DNA of 64,000 nt from Lingula anatina (lineage: Eukaryota > Animalia > Brachiopoda): assembly GCA_051362555.1 (NCBI GenBank), contig CM120643.1, positions 27,780,848 to 27,844,847 of the forward strand. Direction: 5' to 3'. Shown one piece after another: positions 27,145 to 40,483 of the stretch. Below the pieces are notes generated by a model. That model searched no databases, was not told the origin of the DNA, and was given only the letters and a program-made list of their open reading frames with translations. A program made the translations under genes and the position numbers. Numbering within the stretch: position 1 is the stretch's first letter; the number at the start of each line of letters is the position of its first letter.

Positions 27145-29507
27145 TGTATATATTCCTTTTTTTCTGTTAGAAGTGGTGTAGAAGAGACTGAAGAAAGTGA
27201 ACTCAGCAGGCTTTTAACAGACTGGATTGTATTGATGGAAGATGTAGACCAAGTAGAAAGGAAAGCAAAGTCTGAGAAGAAGGCTGTCACCGAGGCAAAA
27301 GGAGCTTTAGTAAGGGACCTAGCGATGTCTTCTCTTGATGACAGTAAGTATAATATAAAATATAATTCTATGGCAATAAATAATTATAGTATTTATTTTG
27401 ACAGTTCTGATAAATGATACCACTTTTGAATGCTTTCATTAATTTCATCTGAGATGGTTTAACCCTCAATCACCTTTCAGGGGCCTCGCAGGCCCGGACC
27501 CATGTATCTTTTGCTCTCTCTTCGTTCGCATGAGGTTTTGAGCCTGTTCCTTTCATGTAATCCTCAAGCAACTTATACCCCATCAGTGGATAAATAATTA
27601 GTTTTGAAATAATTTACAACATATGTAGAAATTAACTTTTCCAAAAGTTAGTCCCATTTCCTGGAAACCGGGCCTCTTAGGCCCGGTCGCTTGATAATTT
27701 TACTTCCACATGGGATAAATAAGTCCATGTTACCTCTAATAGCTTTGCTATAAAATGTTTTACACAAGCAATATCATGTGTGCTATGACTATCAGTATGG
27801 TCAATGAAATCTGCCTGTGAAAGATTCAAGACCTGGAGAAATTATTATTTATGAGTAATCGGTCACCTGATATGCAGATATCAGTTTAAATCTATCATTA
27901 TTACATACATGATAGACTGCGCTACCTTTGCGAAACTTTCCATTTTGAGAAAAAAAGTTTTCTGCATTTTCCATACACAGTGTATACTCATGCACCCAGG
28001 TGGAGGTAAAGGGAGCAAGGGACTGGTGTAACATGAAAATCTGACTCCCCCAGTCAGATTTTCATAATGAAAATCCGAATCCCCATGAAAATTTGACTCC
28101 CCCACCACAAATGTTCATAAATCTTATTTTATTTGAGTATATGACTGTTATATTGTAGTATGTAAAATGGAGGATACTTTGGCACTTTTTTTTAAAGTTT
28201 GCAGGTGAATATTTTCATGAAAAAAATATGAAAATTAAAAATGTGCACTTAACCGCCCATTGTCTCCCCTTTGAAAAAGCTATTTATTTGATATTGGATG
28301 ATCATTTCTACATCTTTCCTTTAAATTTACTTTATGAAGATTATATTGGAAATATTTGAAAGTTTGATGGTAAACTATTAGGTGAAAAAACTAAAAAAAA
28401 AACATGAAAAATAGAAAATTTAAAATGTGCATTTTATCACCCAATAACTCCCCTATGAAAAAGCTATTTATTTGATATTTGATGATCATTCTGACATCTT
28501 TTCTATAAGGATACTTTATGAAAAATATATTGGAAATATTTAAAATTTTGATGATAAAATAGTGAGTGAAAGAATGAAAAATAAATCATGAAAATCTTCA
28601 TTTTTATACCCATGAGATTTGGATTCCCATAAAGAAAAGGACCTATTTTATATTCAGTCACCATACCATTGTTTTCTACACAGTTTGCACAGAGATGTAC
28701 ATTTTGTTATTATTTGAAAGTTTGGTGGTGAAAATTTTGGTGAATATTTTTAAAACAAGTATTCTTCTTACTACCTGTAGGTTTTGCACTTCCATGTCAA
28801 AATGCTACATTTTTAACTCAAGAAATTGGCCCCATCGCCTTTTTACTGAATTCTTCTAATATAGCATACCCAGTATTTTACCATTCAAACTTTCAAATAT
28901 TTCCAATATATTCTTCATTAAGTAAAACATGACGTTATGTTAGGGGAGTCCTTGGGTGGTAAAATACAAATCTTTAATTTTTTTTATTTTTTCATGAAAA
29001 TTTTCACCTGCAAACTAAAAAAAAGTGCCAATGTGTCCTCCATTATGCATACTACAAGATCATAGTCATTTACTCAAATTAAATTAGATTTTTGAATGTT
29101 TTTCGATGGGAGTCAGATTTTCATGGTACACCGGGCCTCTGAGGCCCGGTTTCAGGGTTTACGTAGGGTTCCATTTCCTTGTGGATGAGGGTTAAGGCAT
29201 ACATATTTATAATTTGATAATTGAATATGGCATTGAGGATTTGAATAGTAATTATCATAACTGTGTTTTGTAAAAAAAATCTTTTTTAGGTGAAACTGAT
29301 GCAGGAAGAGAAGGAAGCAGGAAGAGAAAATCAAGTAAAGAAAGTCAAGAACTACTTAGTTTCTTAAAGGAAAAGTCAGAGCGAGACAGCAAGCTGAGGG
29401 AAGAGGAGTTGAAGCTCCAGAGAGAGCAAATGGAAATGCAGAGAAACCAGCAGCTGCAAATGTATGAGATCATGCAATCTGTTCTTAAAAAAATAAAAAC
29501 TGACTAA
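26728..29507 (+). CDS. Harbinger-associated Myb/SANT-like plus coiled-coil protein (ORF2), 3 exons
   Basis: Exons 26728-26957, 27171-27343 and 29290-29507 join in frame (GT-AG): ...DWMKVTEMMN...VTVRQTKERAKHLL...ASGVEETEESELSRLL...KGALVRDLAMSSL...KLREEELKLQREQMEMQRNQQLQM...TD*. Confidence 0.75.
27463..29191. mobile_element. piggyBac-type non-autonomous element in intron 2 of the Myb-like gene
   Basis: TTAA|ccctcaatcac ... gtggatgaggg|TTAA, with three subterminal gggcctc-n3-ggcccgg palindromes. Confidence 0.8.
28023..29134. mobile_element. Foldback-like MITE nested in the piggyBac-type element
   Basis: TIR c(t/c)ggtgta(a/c)catgaaaatctgactccc with long inverted arms (28110-28240 vs 28960-29100). 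No clear TSD. Confidence 0.6.
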
Positions 29508-30093
29508 ATAAAGTTATTTTTTTGTCTGAACACACAGGTGTTTTATGCATATTGTTACTCACTTTCTTTGGCATAAGTGTGTCTGTACATTGCTGCCTTG
29601 TTTAATTTTCCATATGGACATCTAATTATCAAACAGTGTAAGTGACTGTTTAACATGTTAAATTTTGATGTTTTGCACGGTCCCTTGTCTGACAGACAGT
29701 GACATAAGGTTAAGATGACCTACTGGTTAAACTGGTGCATTTTGTTATTTTATTTTCTGTTCTTGAACCTTCATCTAACAGTAAAAACTCTTGAGACCAA
29801 GATCACCTTATTGTTATATCTGATTTTATTTATGTAAAACTTTTTATGTACTCCTGAAATATGTTTCAATTACAAGTGCAAAGTGTGCCTCATATGAATG
29901 AAGTTGAAAATGTAGCCCAAAATGAAATTCAATTTTCACAGCTAATCCTACAAAGTATTAAATCTAAGGAATAGAAAATCCAACATCTTAAAATACTCAA
30001 TTCACCATACTAAGATTGAAAACTAAATCTCAAACTATGATAGGAAATAAATTTCATAAGTTTTGGCAAGGAAATTAGTCCCATGTTTCAGGC

Positions 30094-33000
30094 TTAGCTA
30101 AGGTAGTCTTCTAGCTGTGGGGGGTCTACATTAAAGTAGTCGGATGTTTGTGATCCATATAAACATGTGTGGCAGTTTACAAGTATCCCCCCTACCAAAT
30201 ATAATTTTCCAACAGGCTGTAGAAATAATTACAAATTTTTCTTGTAATCTAGATATGCAAACTGCTGTATCAATTTTCCAAATTGCCATTCAACACACTC
30301 CCTCACGGATGACATTTCAGCATTGAAGAGCTCTTGCTGAGGTGTCAGATTTGCTGTGCGGTATGGGGGTATGAGAAAGTCTCTAAGAGGGTATGCTGGA
30401 TCCCCATATATACTGAATGGGTCGCCATCTCGATCCATCCACTGGCCCCTCTCAAAGTCCTCTAGAATGCCACTAAGGGTCAGCATGAAGCAATCGTGTC
30501 GTCTTCCTTCCACGGGCCCAAACAGATTCGCAATCAACCCGTCTGGCGTGACAATGGATTGAAATTTGATGGCATGAACACGCTTGTGACCATGTAGCAG
30601 ACACGCTGAAAAAATGTTGGCCTACACAACGGCCGCACTGTCCCGTCGGGGCCGTAGCGATAGTCCGAAGGTTCAATAGTCCGAAGGTTCATTGGTCCGA
30701 AGGTTCAATGGTCCGAATGTGCATTGAAGGTTCATTGGTCCGAAGGTTCGATAGTCCGAAGGTGCATTGGTCCGAAGGTTCATTAGTCCGAAGGTTCGAT
30801 AGTCCGAAGGTTCGATAGTCCGAATGTAGGCCCGCTGTATAAGTGTATAGTGAATTACATGTACAGGGGCGGATTCAAGATTATTTGAAGGGGGATTCGC
30901 GGATGCAAAGCCCCCACCCCCCTTGGCGTAGGATCTGGGGCCCGCTAAAGGGCCCCGAAAATTGTTGGTGTCTCAAAATGACCACCTATTTATCTAGAGA
31001 CACATCTGTGAATATCTGTAAAAAATCTATCAGTCGCCCTGGTAGAGGGTTTAAAAGTTAGGTCTGCACGGGCAAAAATAACGTCAATACTAGCATATTA
31101 CATAAGTTACAAAAAAAAAAAAAAAAAAAAAAAAAACAGATCGTGATGTTTTTCATGGGATTGGAAGTTGACGATATTTAACTGCAAAGGTTTATTTTGT
31201 AAAATCAAATGGAAATTTTCTCACGAGTCACGAGTGTATCTACTTTTTGCATAGTACGTTTTTCTTCATTTAAATGAATTTGTTACAAAGACAGCATTTT
31301 TGATGTTGTTCATCAGATTAGAAGTTTAACTGTTTTAGAATATTTCAACATGTTCAAAACTGCCTTCTCACTTGTATTTTACGTTTAATAAATAAATAAA
31401 TAAGTAAATAAATAAATAAATAAATAGGCCCACCGGGTTGATATGGCGTTGCCACATTTCTATTTCAGATTATAAACGTTTCAGCACCTTCAGTATTGCT
31501 GGGGAAGAGGGGGTGGAATTAAATATGTATTACTATTTGTGGATATTTGAGCATATTACTGTATTCTGATACAATTTTTATGTTTAAAGCCCTAGTAAGG
31601 GAAAAGTTTGTTTTCGTAAATGCTCGTAATTTTTGTTTATATGCCAAGTTTACACTCCAGTTAATTCATCCTCATCCCTATGAGTAATACAATACTGCTG
31701 GCGGAACGGCTGTTTTTTTTTGTTTTTTTTTTGGGGGGGGGGGGGGGGGGAGGGGGAGGGTAGGGGAGTGGGCTGTGCGAACAACAACATAGTTTGTTTG
31801 GAAATGCAATTATTCTACAACTTTTACATAATTTAAGTAATGTAGGTTAGAAGAATTTGAATTCTAATCATAGTATCTTAAGACATCGTAAGAAACTCAA
31901 ACTAATTGTAAAAGTGCTCTTGGATAGTTTGGATTGATGGACTGGTAAAGTCAGTCCAGGAAAAATGCCGTTTACCCGTGTGAAATTTGTTTTCCAAGGG
32001 AGTTTGCGCCTTTTCAGAGCTTAAATTAAATAATCAAGGTAAATACACCCAGTAACTCCTGAATAAAAAAGAAATGTAAAACAGTAGATAAAAAAAATGA
32101 AATCAAAAATAATACTTACTTTCCCTATCAACTCTGAAAACGTTTCCTCACAATGATAACATCAGAAATAACATATTAGGGCATTCTCCCCTGCAACTCA
32201 TCTGGCTTAGTCTAGGTGAAGAAACGGTAACGGTTAATTGTATCCCCCATGACGCGGAACTGGCGGAGGCCGTACGAGATGGGTCGGGATTAAGCCCATG
32301 TCTACCGCCACGCTCACGTTGGTGGTACGCTTATTGGTCGCTGGAGGGTGGAGTTGTCTGTTAACTGCCTTTCTTGAACCGACCTATTCATCCAGTCTTG
32401 AAAAGTCGATTATCACTGATTTTTACGAAACTGTTGACTTGATATTCATGAGTACAGGGTGGACGTGAACCGCAATCGGTCTCTAGAAAAACGGGACTCT
32501 CCCGCAATCCAAAAAATTTCGTAATTGAAACACCCGTTTTTTTCTTTTGAAAATAATCAGTGTGCGCTTAAAGGTAGCCTTGATGGAGCGTAAAACCACT
32601 TTTATCAGTTTCTTATACAATTCAAAAATAATAGCACAGGCCATTCGATTAAATGTCATTATAGGCGTCCTCTCATTTTATGCGTTCCAATCTTTATTCA
32701 AGATTTCATGTGAAACATGTATGGTGTTTATGAGTTGGAAAGGGTAGCCATTGCATATCCCCAAACTTCCCCACATTGTAAAGAGTAGTTCACGGAAACA
32801 ATACGACCTATGTGGATAATTTTCACGTGCGTTTCGGTCGCACTCAAAACGAAATGATAAAGATTCTAGAAGCTGAGTTCACACGAAAGTTAATCACCCC
32901 CTAGCAGCTCCAGGATTGCTAATCTGATTGCATACAGTGAGAATCCTGGTGGAGTTGGATCAATCTACGTAGAATGATAGTTTCGTTGGGAACGCACCCT

Positions 33001-33770
33001 TAGATTCCGTTTGTAATTATAATTCTTAAAATCGAAGAACATCTTAAAATGTTTCGGACTATCGAACCTTCGGACTAATGAACCTTCGGACTATCGAACC
33101 TTCGGATTAATGAACCTTCGGACCAATGGACCTTTAATTTTCGGACTAATGAACCTTCGGACCAATGAACCTTTTTGTTGAAAATCTGATGAAAAATTTA
33201 CGAATTTTCGGACCAATGAACCTTCGGACCAATGAACCTTCGGACTATCGAGACGCCCCCGTCCCGTCCACGAATCCGAAGCAATTTTTCAGAGGCGCCC
33301 CTTTGTTGTGAATTGCATCTGCAATTTCTTGAAATCTGTTGCTAACCCATGCAATGTCAGTTATTTTATGATAAAAAATTGTCATATATGAAGTTTAGCA
33401 CTGCTGTAATAGTCATTGAGAGGACAGATTTGTGGCGCTTAAAGAAGTGCTCCAGCGAAATTAGACGATTGGGATAGGCCAGTCTGGCGAGGAAGATGCA
33501 GAAGGCTGTTATTCTGTCTACGACTGAACGATTTGGAAGGACAAAATTCTCCGGAAACCCCATGGCATTGACTATTCTGTATATGTCTTGCTTATGGAAG
33601 CGAAAATATGCTCTGCACTGATCACTAGTTAAATCATCAATAGTAAACGCATTTTCTCTAGTATATGTCGTATACGTAGATTTAGATTCTTCACATAAAA
33701 ACGGTAAAATGTCATCACAATCAGCGTCAAAAAGAAGCGCCTGTACCACCAAATCAATAATGGAAGCCAT
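30094..33770 (-). pseudogene. Harbinger/HARBI1-like DDE nuclease (DDE_Tnp_4), disrupted
   Basis: Reconstructs as ...FRF...LARLAYPNRL...GAPLKNCFGFVDGT|VRPLCRP...YxGHKRVHAIKFQS...PDGLIANLFGPVEGRRHD...IYGDPAYP...NAEMSSVRECVEWQFG...PPQLEDYLS*. Lesions: +1 frameshift near 33375, a 2.6-kb insertion in DGT, a -1 frameshift near 30592 and an in-frame TAA at 30229-30231. Confidence 0.9.
30648..33260. mobile_element. 2.6-kb TIR element with 8-bp TSD and 16-bp subterminal tandem repeats (Merlin- or MULE-like, unassigned)
   Basis: TSD gtcccgtc at 30640-30647 and 33261-33268; GG...CC termini. t(a/g)gtccgaaggttc arrays at 30660-30826 and inverted at 33054-33250. Confidence 0.85.
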
Positions 33771-34434
33771 CTTGTCACACAAGCGACCTCTATTGTTTTC
33801 GTATTCGTTGTTCGGCGTTTGCGAAACGGCCGCTACGACTAATGACGTACGAACCTAGTTTTCGTACTTCGTCTTCGTTGTTCGTCGTTTGCTAAACCTC
33901 CCTAATATAGATATAAAATATACATATATAGCTGATAATTCTATCAAGATAAGCTAACCATTTAAGTTTTTTGCGGAGTTTGCTATAAAATCGAGGGTAA
34001 ATCGTGATTTGTTTTTTCAAATTGATTTCCATTTGTCACTTGACGATGCCTTTTTGAACTTATCATTCTGATTTTAAGCGAAATGAGGAGTTTTCAGGAT
34101 TGTCTTGGCAAGAAAAATGGTACTAGCTGACATCAGTACTAGCGTACATGTAGCAGACATTATTTTCGCGGGAGACATATGGCGAAATATATTAAGCATT
34201 GAAGCAACGCTTGTATTTATCAGGTAGAATTGCGGGGTTATTAGGCCCTATTTTACTGTTTCAGTAGCACATAATAGTTTTTAACATCTTCTAGATGCTT
34301 CCAGTAACTTTAAATGGACAATTATCCGCAAACACGTGTCTATTGTCGGCCTACTTGATTGTATACATCAACTTTCTCGGGTATTGTGTTGTTTTTAACT
34401 GCCTATAGCTGCGATCATGTACATGTAGGTTTAA

Positions 34435-35427
34435 AGACAGTCTCAGCGCGTTAAACCCTTAAAATAGCACGAAAATGAATTTTCCTGGAAATCTCACCAA
34501 TTTCCCCATAATGACCAAGGTATATCCTATCCAAAACCGTTGAGAAAATGAACCTACCTAATACCGTTTTTAAGTTCCATTAAATAATAAAAGACGACTC
34601 GTCTTAAATACTCAGCTACCACCTCACAGTACGGCTTCAGAACGCGCAATTTCTCGCTAAGTCTCGCGGTTTACTATGAATGAAGTACTACGGCTGAGAC
34701 CCGGATGTTACTATTTGGCGCCAAAACAGCAAACATGGCTCAGACGCGCGTCAAGTCTGAAGAGGAGAGCGACAAAAGGGGACGAAAGAAAATAGCCACT
34801 CCAGTTCGAAAGATACGAAAGAAAATTAGAGACATAGACGAAGAAGCACTCAGACTGTGTATGTTGGGAGGGAGGTGGGGCGGTGGAGGACACTTAAAGC
34901 TGAGTTAGGACTCACATACGAGGCAATGGCGAAACTACTCCTCGACACGTGAGTATGCGCTTCACAGGTCTCAAGTGTGTCTGATTATCATATTATCCTG
35001 TTCACAATAAATGACAATATTTGTGCTCATACAAAGCTGGTTACGTGTATAAGAGCGTTTTGAGCTTTACGTTGTCTATTTTTGATCGGTACATGTACCG
35101 AAAAGATGGACAGGCGGCACTTACATGTCTGACAAGTTTCGCTGTGTAGTCGTGACGTCTATCTCATTCTGACTGAAGCCTGCTGTGATTGGTCGTAAGC
35201 GTGGGAAAATCGAGGTCGTGACCTTGAGCCGGAAGTACTTCTGGCTGTGCTCCGAAATCATGATAAGTAGTTTTCGTTTTCTAATTCTTTATTCTAGTTG
35301 TCTTAACAGGACTTTTGTGACCCAGACTTATTAATATAATAATAAACAATCTCACAAAACACAAATCTGATCAAAGCTTTACATAGAACCTGCTTCTATA
35401 CATTAATCTAACCCACTGAGACTGTCT
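34435..35427. mobile_element. Kolobok-type non-autonomous element
   Basis: TTAA|agacagtctcag ... ctgagactgtct|TTAA. An internal frameshifted exon remnant (34735-34948) reads ...TVYVGREVGRWRTLKAELGLTYEAMAKLLLD|gtgagt, resembling recalled Kolobok N-terminal sequences. Confidence 0.75.
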
Positions 35428-36359
35428 TTAATGTTTTGTTATTATGTAACGTTTGTCGTATCTGTAATACTACAAATTCCGAATTCAGCCTCTAAAGTCT
35501 ACTTTAAGCTAAGAAATATCAAAACAAATATGATCGCTATTAATGACCTAACCTCCGTTACGAAATAACTCATTTTTCATTTGAACATTGGATATGCGTG
35601 TGCTCATTGATCAATGCTCATATCATAATAGATTGATTGCACTTTGTTCATAAACAAATAGTATGATAAAAAAGAAAGTCTGTCCCCAATGATTAATAAA
35701 ATATTTAAATTTGAATATCTCAGGCTTTGTATTTATAGAAAACGAGCCACTTATTATCAATGTGTTTGCACCGCATTTTCTATAATTGAAGAGAAATCTT
35801 AAATGGGCAATAATATTTTGAATACATACAAAATCTTAATAATTGAATCAAATATGGAGCCTGTGACCTTTGGCATGATTGAAATATAACCTAATTTAGA
35901 TGTTACCTAACCTCCGTAACGAAAAAAATACTGTACCATGTTTACACGTGCATATTTCTTTAAATACAGTAATGGTGTGGGTTAAAATTCTTCTACTACT
36001 CTCTGAATACCTCTTCATCAAAATAATATAAAAAGTTTTCCAGTTTTGCAAAGTTCATATCACTGCATTTCTTGTTTTGAAATTGTACCCCTTTTCGTGG
36101 AATGGCCGAATGTGCTACTAATTGATCTCAAGTTCAACTAACATATATCACTACTACATGTGACTTGTTTATAATTACAATAATGACACTTATTATAATA
36201 TTAACATTATTGATTTATTTATTATTATTACTTGTAAACATACAAAAAAAATTAAAATTTTTCATTTAGCAAAAAACACTAGCATCATGACAAACACATA
36301 AAATACATAATTAATAAATTATTTCTATGTCTATTTAAGATTTTAACACAATATTCTAT

Positions 36360-38298
36360 TTATGATGCTTCAGGCTTTTTTTCCTGAATCACTGAAAAAA
36401 CATTTTTAAACAAAGCAACAGGAAATGCCTGCCCTCTTTCAGGGGCAAAATCCTCATTTTCTCTTTTGACCACTTTATGGGATATCCCATCATTATCAGG
36501 ACAGCCTACATTTTCTCTTTTAACCACTTTATGGGATATCCCATCACTATCAGGACAGCCTACATTTTTACCATAGTCCACTCCTGTATCACAAGGTCCA
36601 TGTGCTATTGTGTGATCTTTTTCATGTAGATCACATGCATTTCTGCTGACAAATATCTTGTGACAGAACTTACAACTGTATGGTTTCTCCTCACAGTAAC
36701 TAACCTGATGAGAATCAAATTTATTTATATCAGTAAATCCTTTGTCGCAGTTTTCACATTTGTACAGTTTCACTCCTGAGTGAGTTCTTTCATGACCAGC
36801 GCGGAGGCATGTCCGAGTAAATGTCTCATCGCAAAACTGGCATTTGAATGGCCTTTCTCCAGAGTGAGTTTCTTCATGACCAGTACAGGAACTTCTATGA
36901 GCAAATGCCTTGTCACAGTACTGACATTTGAATGGTTTCTCACCAGTGTGAATTCTTTCATGTGAAATGCAATACCTTCTTTGAGAAAATGTCTTATCAC
37001 AATACTTGCATTTGTATGGTTTCTCTCCAGTGTGAGTTCTTTCATGAAGGGTACATGACAGTTTGTGAGTAAATGCCTTATCACAATACTGGCATTTGTA
37101 TTGTTGCTCTCCAGTGTGGTTTCTTTCATGAAGACGACAATTTTGTTTTTGGATAAACCCTTTATCACAGTACTGGCATTTGTATGGTTTTTCTCCAGTG
37201 TGAATTTTTTCATGATTATTGCAAGATCGTTTTGTAGTCATTTTTTTTGTCACAGTACTGACATTTGTATGAATTCTCTTTTGCATGAGTTTTTTCATGA
37301 GCAGTGCATCCTGCTCTTCGAGCAAACTTCTTATCACAGTGCTGGCATTTGTATGGTTTCTCTCCTGTGTGAATTCTTTCATGATTAATCCAATGCTGTC
37401 TTAGAGGAAATGTCTTATCACAGTACTGGCATTTGTATGGTTTCTCTCCTGTGTGATTTCTTTCATGATGAATGCAAGAATGTTTTGCAGTAAATCTTTT
37501 ATCACAGAACTGGCATTTGTATGGTTTTTTTCTTGAGTGAATTTCTTCATGAGCCTTACATCCTTTTTTTCGAGCAAAGGTCTTATCACAGTACTGGCAT
37601 TTGTATGTTTTTTTTCCAGTATGAATTACTTCATGACTTGAGCACAGAGACTTGTTTGTAAATGCCCTATCGCAGTACTGGCATTTGAATGGTTTCTCTC
37701 CAGTGTGAATTCTTTCATGTTCAATGCACGTTTGTCTGTGAAGATATGTCCTATCACAGTACTTGCATTTATATTGTTTTTCTTCAATGTGAGTTTTTTC
37801 ATGCCTTCTGCAAATATAATTTTGAGTAAATGCCTTATCACAGTACTGACACTTGTATGGTTTATCCCCAGTGTGAATTTTTTCGTGAACAACACAACTC
37901 CCTTTTTGAGGAAATGCTAGATCACAATACTGGCATTTGTATGGTTTCTCTCCAGTGTGAATTCTTTCATGATGGGTACATGACAGTTTGTGAGTAAATG
38001 CCTTATCACAATACTGGCATTTGTATAGTTGCTCTCCAGTGTGGTTTCTTTCATGAAGACGACAATTTTGTTTTTGAATAAACCTCTTATCACAGTACTG
38101 GCATTTGTATGGTTTTTCTCCAGTGTGAATTCTTTCATGGATAGTACGATTAGATTTATGAGCAAATGTCACATCACAGTACTGACATTTGTGTACTTTC
38201 TTTCTAATGCGAATTCTTTTATGAACAGAAGTATTTTTTAGAGAAACAGCAAATGTCTCATAGTCTCCCAACTGCTCTTCTTTCTTGGTGTTCTCCAT
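36360..38298 (-). CDS. Tandem C2H2 zinc-finger protein, paralog B (~19 fingers), with one frameshift in an A8 run
   Basis: ORFs 37216-38406 and 36360-37382 join if one A is removed at 37241-37248. Start MENTKKEE; C-terminus QAFPVALFKNVF. Upstream DNA is colinear with that of paralog A. Confidence 0.8.
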
Positions 38299-40444
38299 TT
38301 CTTCTTGGATGTTACTGATCACAGAATATCTACCAGCTTTTTTCTGTTTGTCTTTCAGTGAGAATTCTTTGATTTCAAACAAAATGTCCCTTTTTGGTAA
38401 AGTCACAATTTCTTCAGCAGTTGTAATTAAGTGCTCTCTTCAATGTGAGTGTGAGTTTCATAAAAAAGGCTGATTATTTTTGCTTATGAGGTTATTATCT
38501 CTCCACTTTCCTGATATCTATACAATATTTAAAATGTGTGTTCTATATCTGGTAAATTAATACAAAGAGGTTTCATACAAATCTCTCGCCACAACAAATA
38601 GTTTACTAGTAATGTGATTTCTCTTTTATTTAATGAAAAATGCAATTTTTTTTAGATTTAAGGTAATCACTGTCGTTTCTACAACTTTTTCTTCTGTTTT
38701 CAAAAGCTGTCCACAAATTCTTGGAATCTTCTGTCAGATGATTAATAAATGCTCTCTACAAATGCCTGCAGTTCAGCTAAACAGAAACATTCCCAAGGCA
38801 ATTAATGACTTCATATATTGATTTGTCCAGTCCCTGCAATAAAATCAATAAAGATGTTAGGTAATTATAGAAATAACAAGATACAGATTCTGCATTGATA
38901 AACACCTTCACATACAATGTACAATCAATGAAAGCACAACTGACTTTAACATTGCAGAAATAAATAAATAGATAAATGATTATGTTTTTATAAATGGCTA
39001 TATATACAAATGGATACTACGTGGATAAAAGATGAAATTCACATATTCAGAGTAAAAGTCAATACTGCCGTTTCTCTTTCATTTTTAATTCATCTGAAGA
39101 CAACAAATAACCTTGGCATCTATATTACATGAAATCTCACTGACCTCAGCAAATCTCTGCAGCTCAGCTATACAAACATTTCCCCACTTCCTTTTACTTT
39201 GAATTCTCCAGTCCCTAAGCTAATAGTATCAAAGTAGTCAGGTCCTAGAGAAGATGCAATCCATATATTTCGGAAGTTTCAGCAGCCTAGCGTGTCCAAT
39301 TCCTGGCAAAACAAAGGTTCAGAAAATCTCATCCGCCGCGCACGATCAATATATCCCTAGCCCAATAATGTATTCGTAAGGGACTGGGGTCCACTCCGGG
39401 CTCTTTTTAATCGCTTATCCAGAGCCCAAAATGAGTTAAATTACACCTTACGTATTGATGACGTCACTTCACATTAAAGAAACTCAAATCATTCAATGAA
39501 AAAACTTTTAACTAGGTCCTTACCCGACCACTCTCTACACATGCTGAATGAATTCGGAATAATAAAATGAATTAATTGACATTTGACGGGCTTCTTTCTT
39601 GCTTTCGGGATATAATTGCGCATGTGCAGAAGTGAAGTTCTTTGTGTCAAGCTTTGGACTGTCTATTATATCCTTGTATTTCTTTTGATATTTAATCTTT
39701 TGTGAGAATACTGTTGTGACGGAACATTGCCCTGCCTTTAGCCACTACGCTGTCCCTGCGCGGAGAGCGCGCATTTGCCGTAAGTACCAAAATACCAAGA
39801 GGTACGTGTACATGGGGAGACTGTATACATAAATGATAAAATGAGCTCTTCAAAGCCCTAATGAGATCTGGAAAAATGGCCATAATATTAAATAGTCAAG
39901 TTACTTATCAAACTTGTACAAAAATATGTGGAAAGAATTAAGAGCCCAGCTCATAGCTCCTGACAATATAATATTACTCCAAACTGAGCTTAGGTTTAAT
40001 CATCACTTTCATTTCTTTCATAATTTTATCATTAATTTTGCTATTATTATTCTAATAACCTCTAATATTAGGATGCAATCCACTCACTGTAAGCAAGTGG
40101 CTCGGCAAGTGGATCAACCCTAACATACCATGTGATTATAAATGCTTTCTTCATGCATGTCTATACTATACAATTGTGCTGCTATATCTTTCTGTTTATT
40201 TATATTCTTATTTATTTGATATAGTTAGATGTATGGTAGCATCCATGATTTGATGATTATACCTTATGTGACATGTGCAGTTATAGAGACAACAGATTTA
40301 TTAAAGAAATGAGGTACACTACACAGCAGTCTGCAATCTCACTACCCTCTACCAGGGCAACAGCAATATCTTACTGGGTAAGTATACCAGTAGAACCAGT
40401 GGATACCAAACTAAGTTAATACTGTTAACAACATGAAAATTGAG

Positions 40445-40483
<39 letters not shown>

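Larger units (their letters stand above)
26297..33903. mobile_element. PIF/Harbinger-superfamily (Pangu-like) two-gene DNA transposon, inactivated
   Basis: Perfect 37-bp TIR agggaggtttagcaaacgacgaacaacgaagacgaag; flanks att / aat (ANT-type, not identical). Convergent Myb-like/coiled-coil gene and DDE_Tnp_4-type nuclease gene. Confidence 0.88.
25377..36108. mobile_element. Outer non-autonomous TIR element hosting the transposon nest (superfamily unassigned)
   Basis: 28-bp TIR c(a/g)gccattccacgaaaa(a/g)gggtacaatt with aat on both sides. Motif ctaacctccgtaacg recurs near both ends (~25765, 25955, 26127, 35547, 35907). Confidence 0.75.

Noticed and set aside
30660-30826. Short regularly spaced repeats resembling a CRISPR array
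   Set aside because: No unique spacers, mirrored at 33054-33250, eukaryotic context; these are subterminal transposon repeats.
37236-37255. Programmed -1 ribosomal frameshift at the A-run of ZNF-B
   Set aside because: Restoring the frame needs a +1 shift, no stimulatory structure is evident, and paralogs have no such break.
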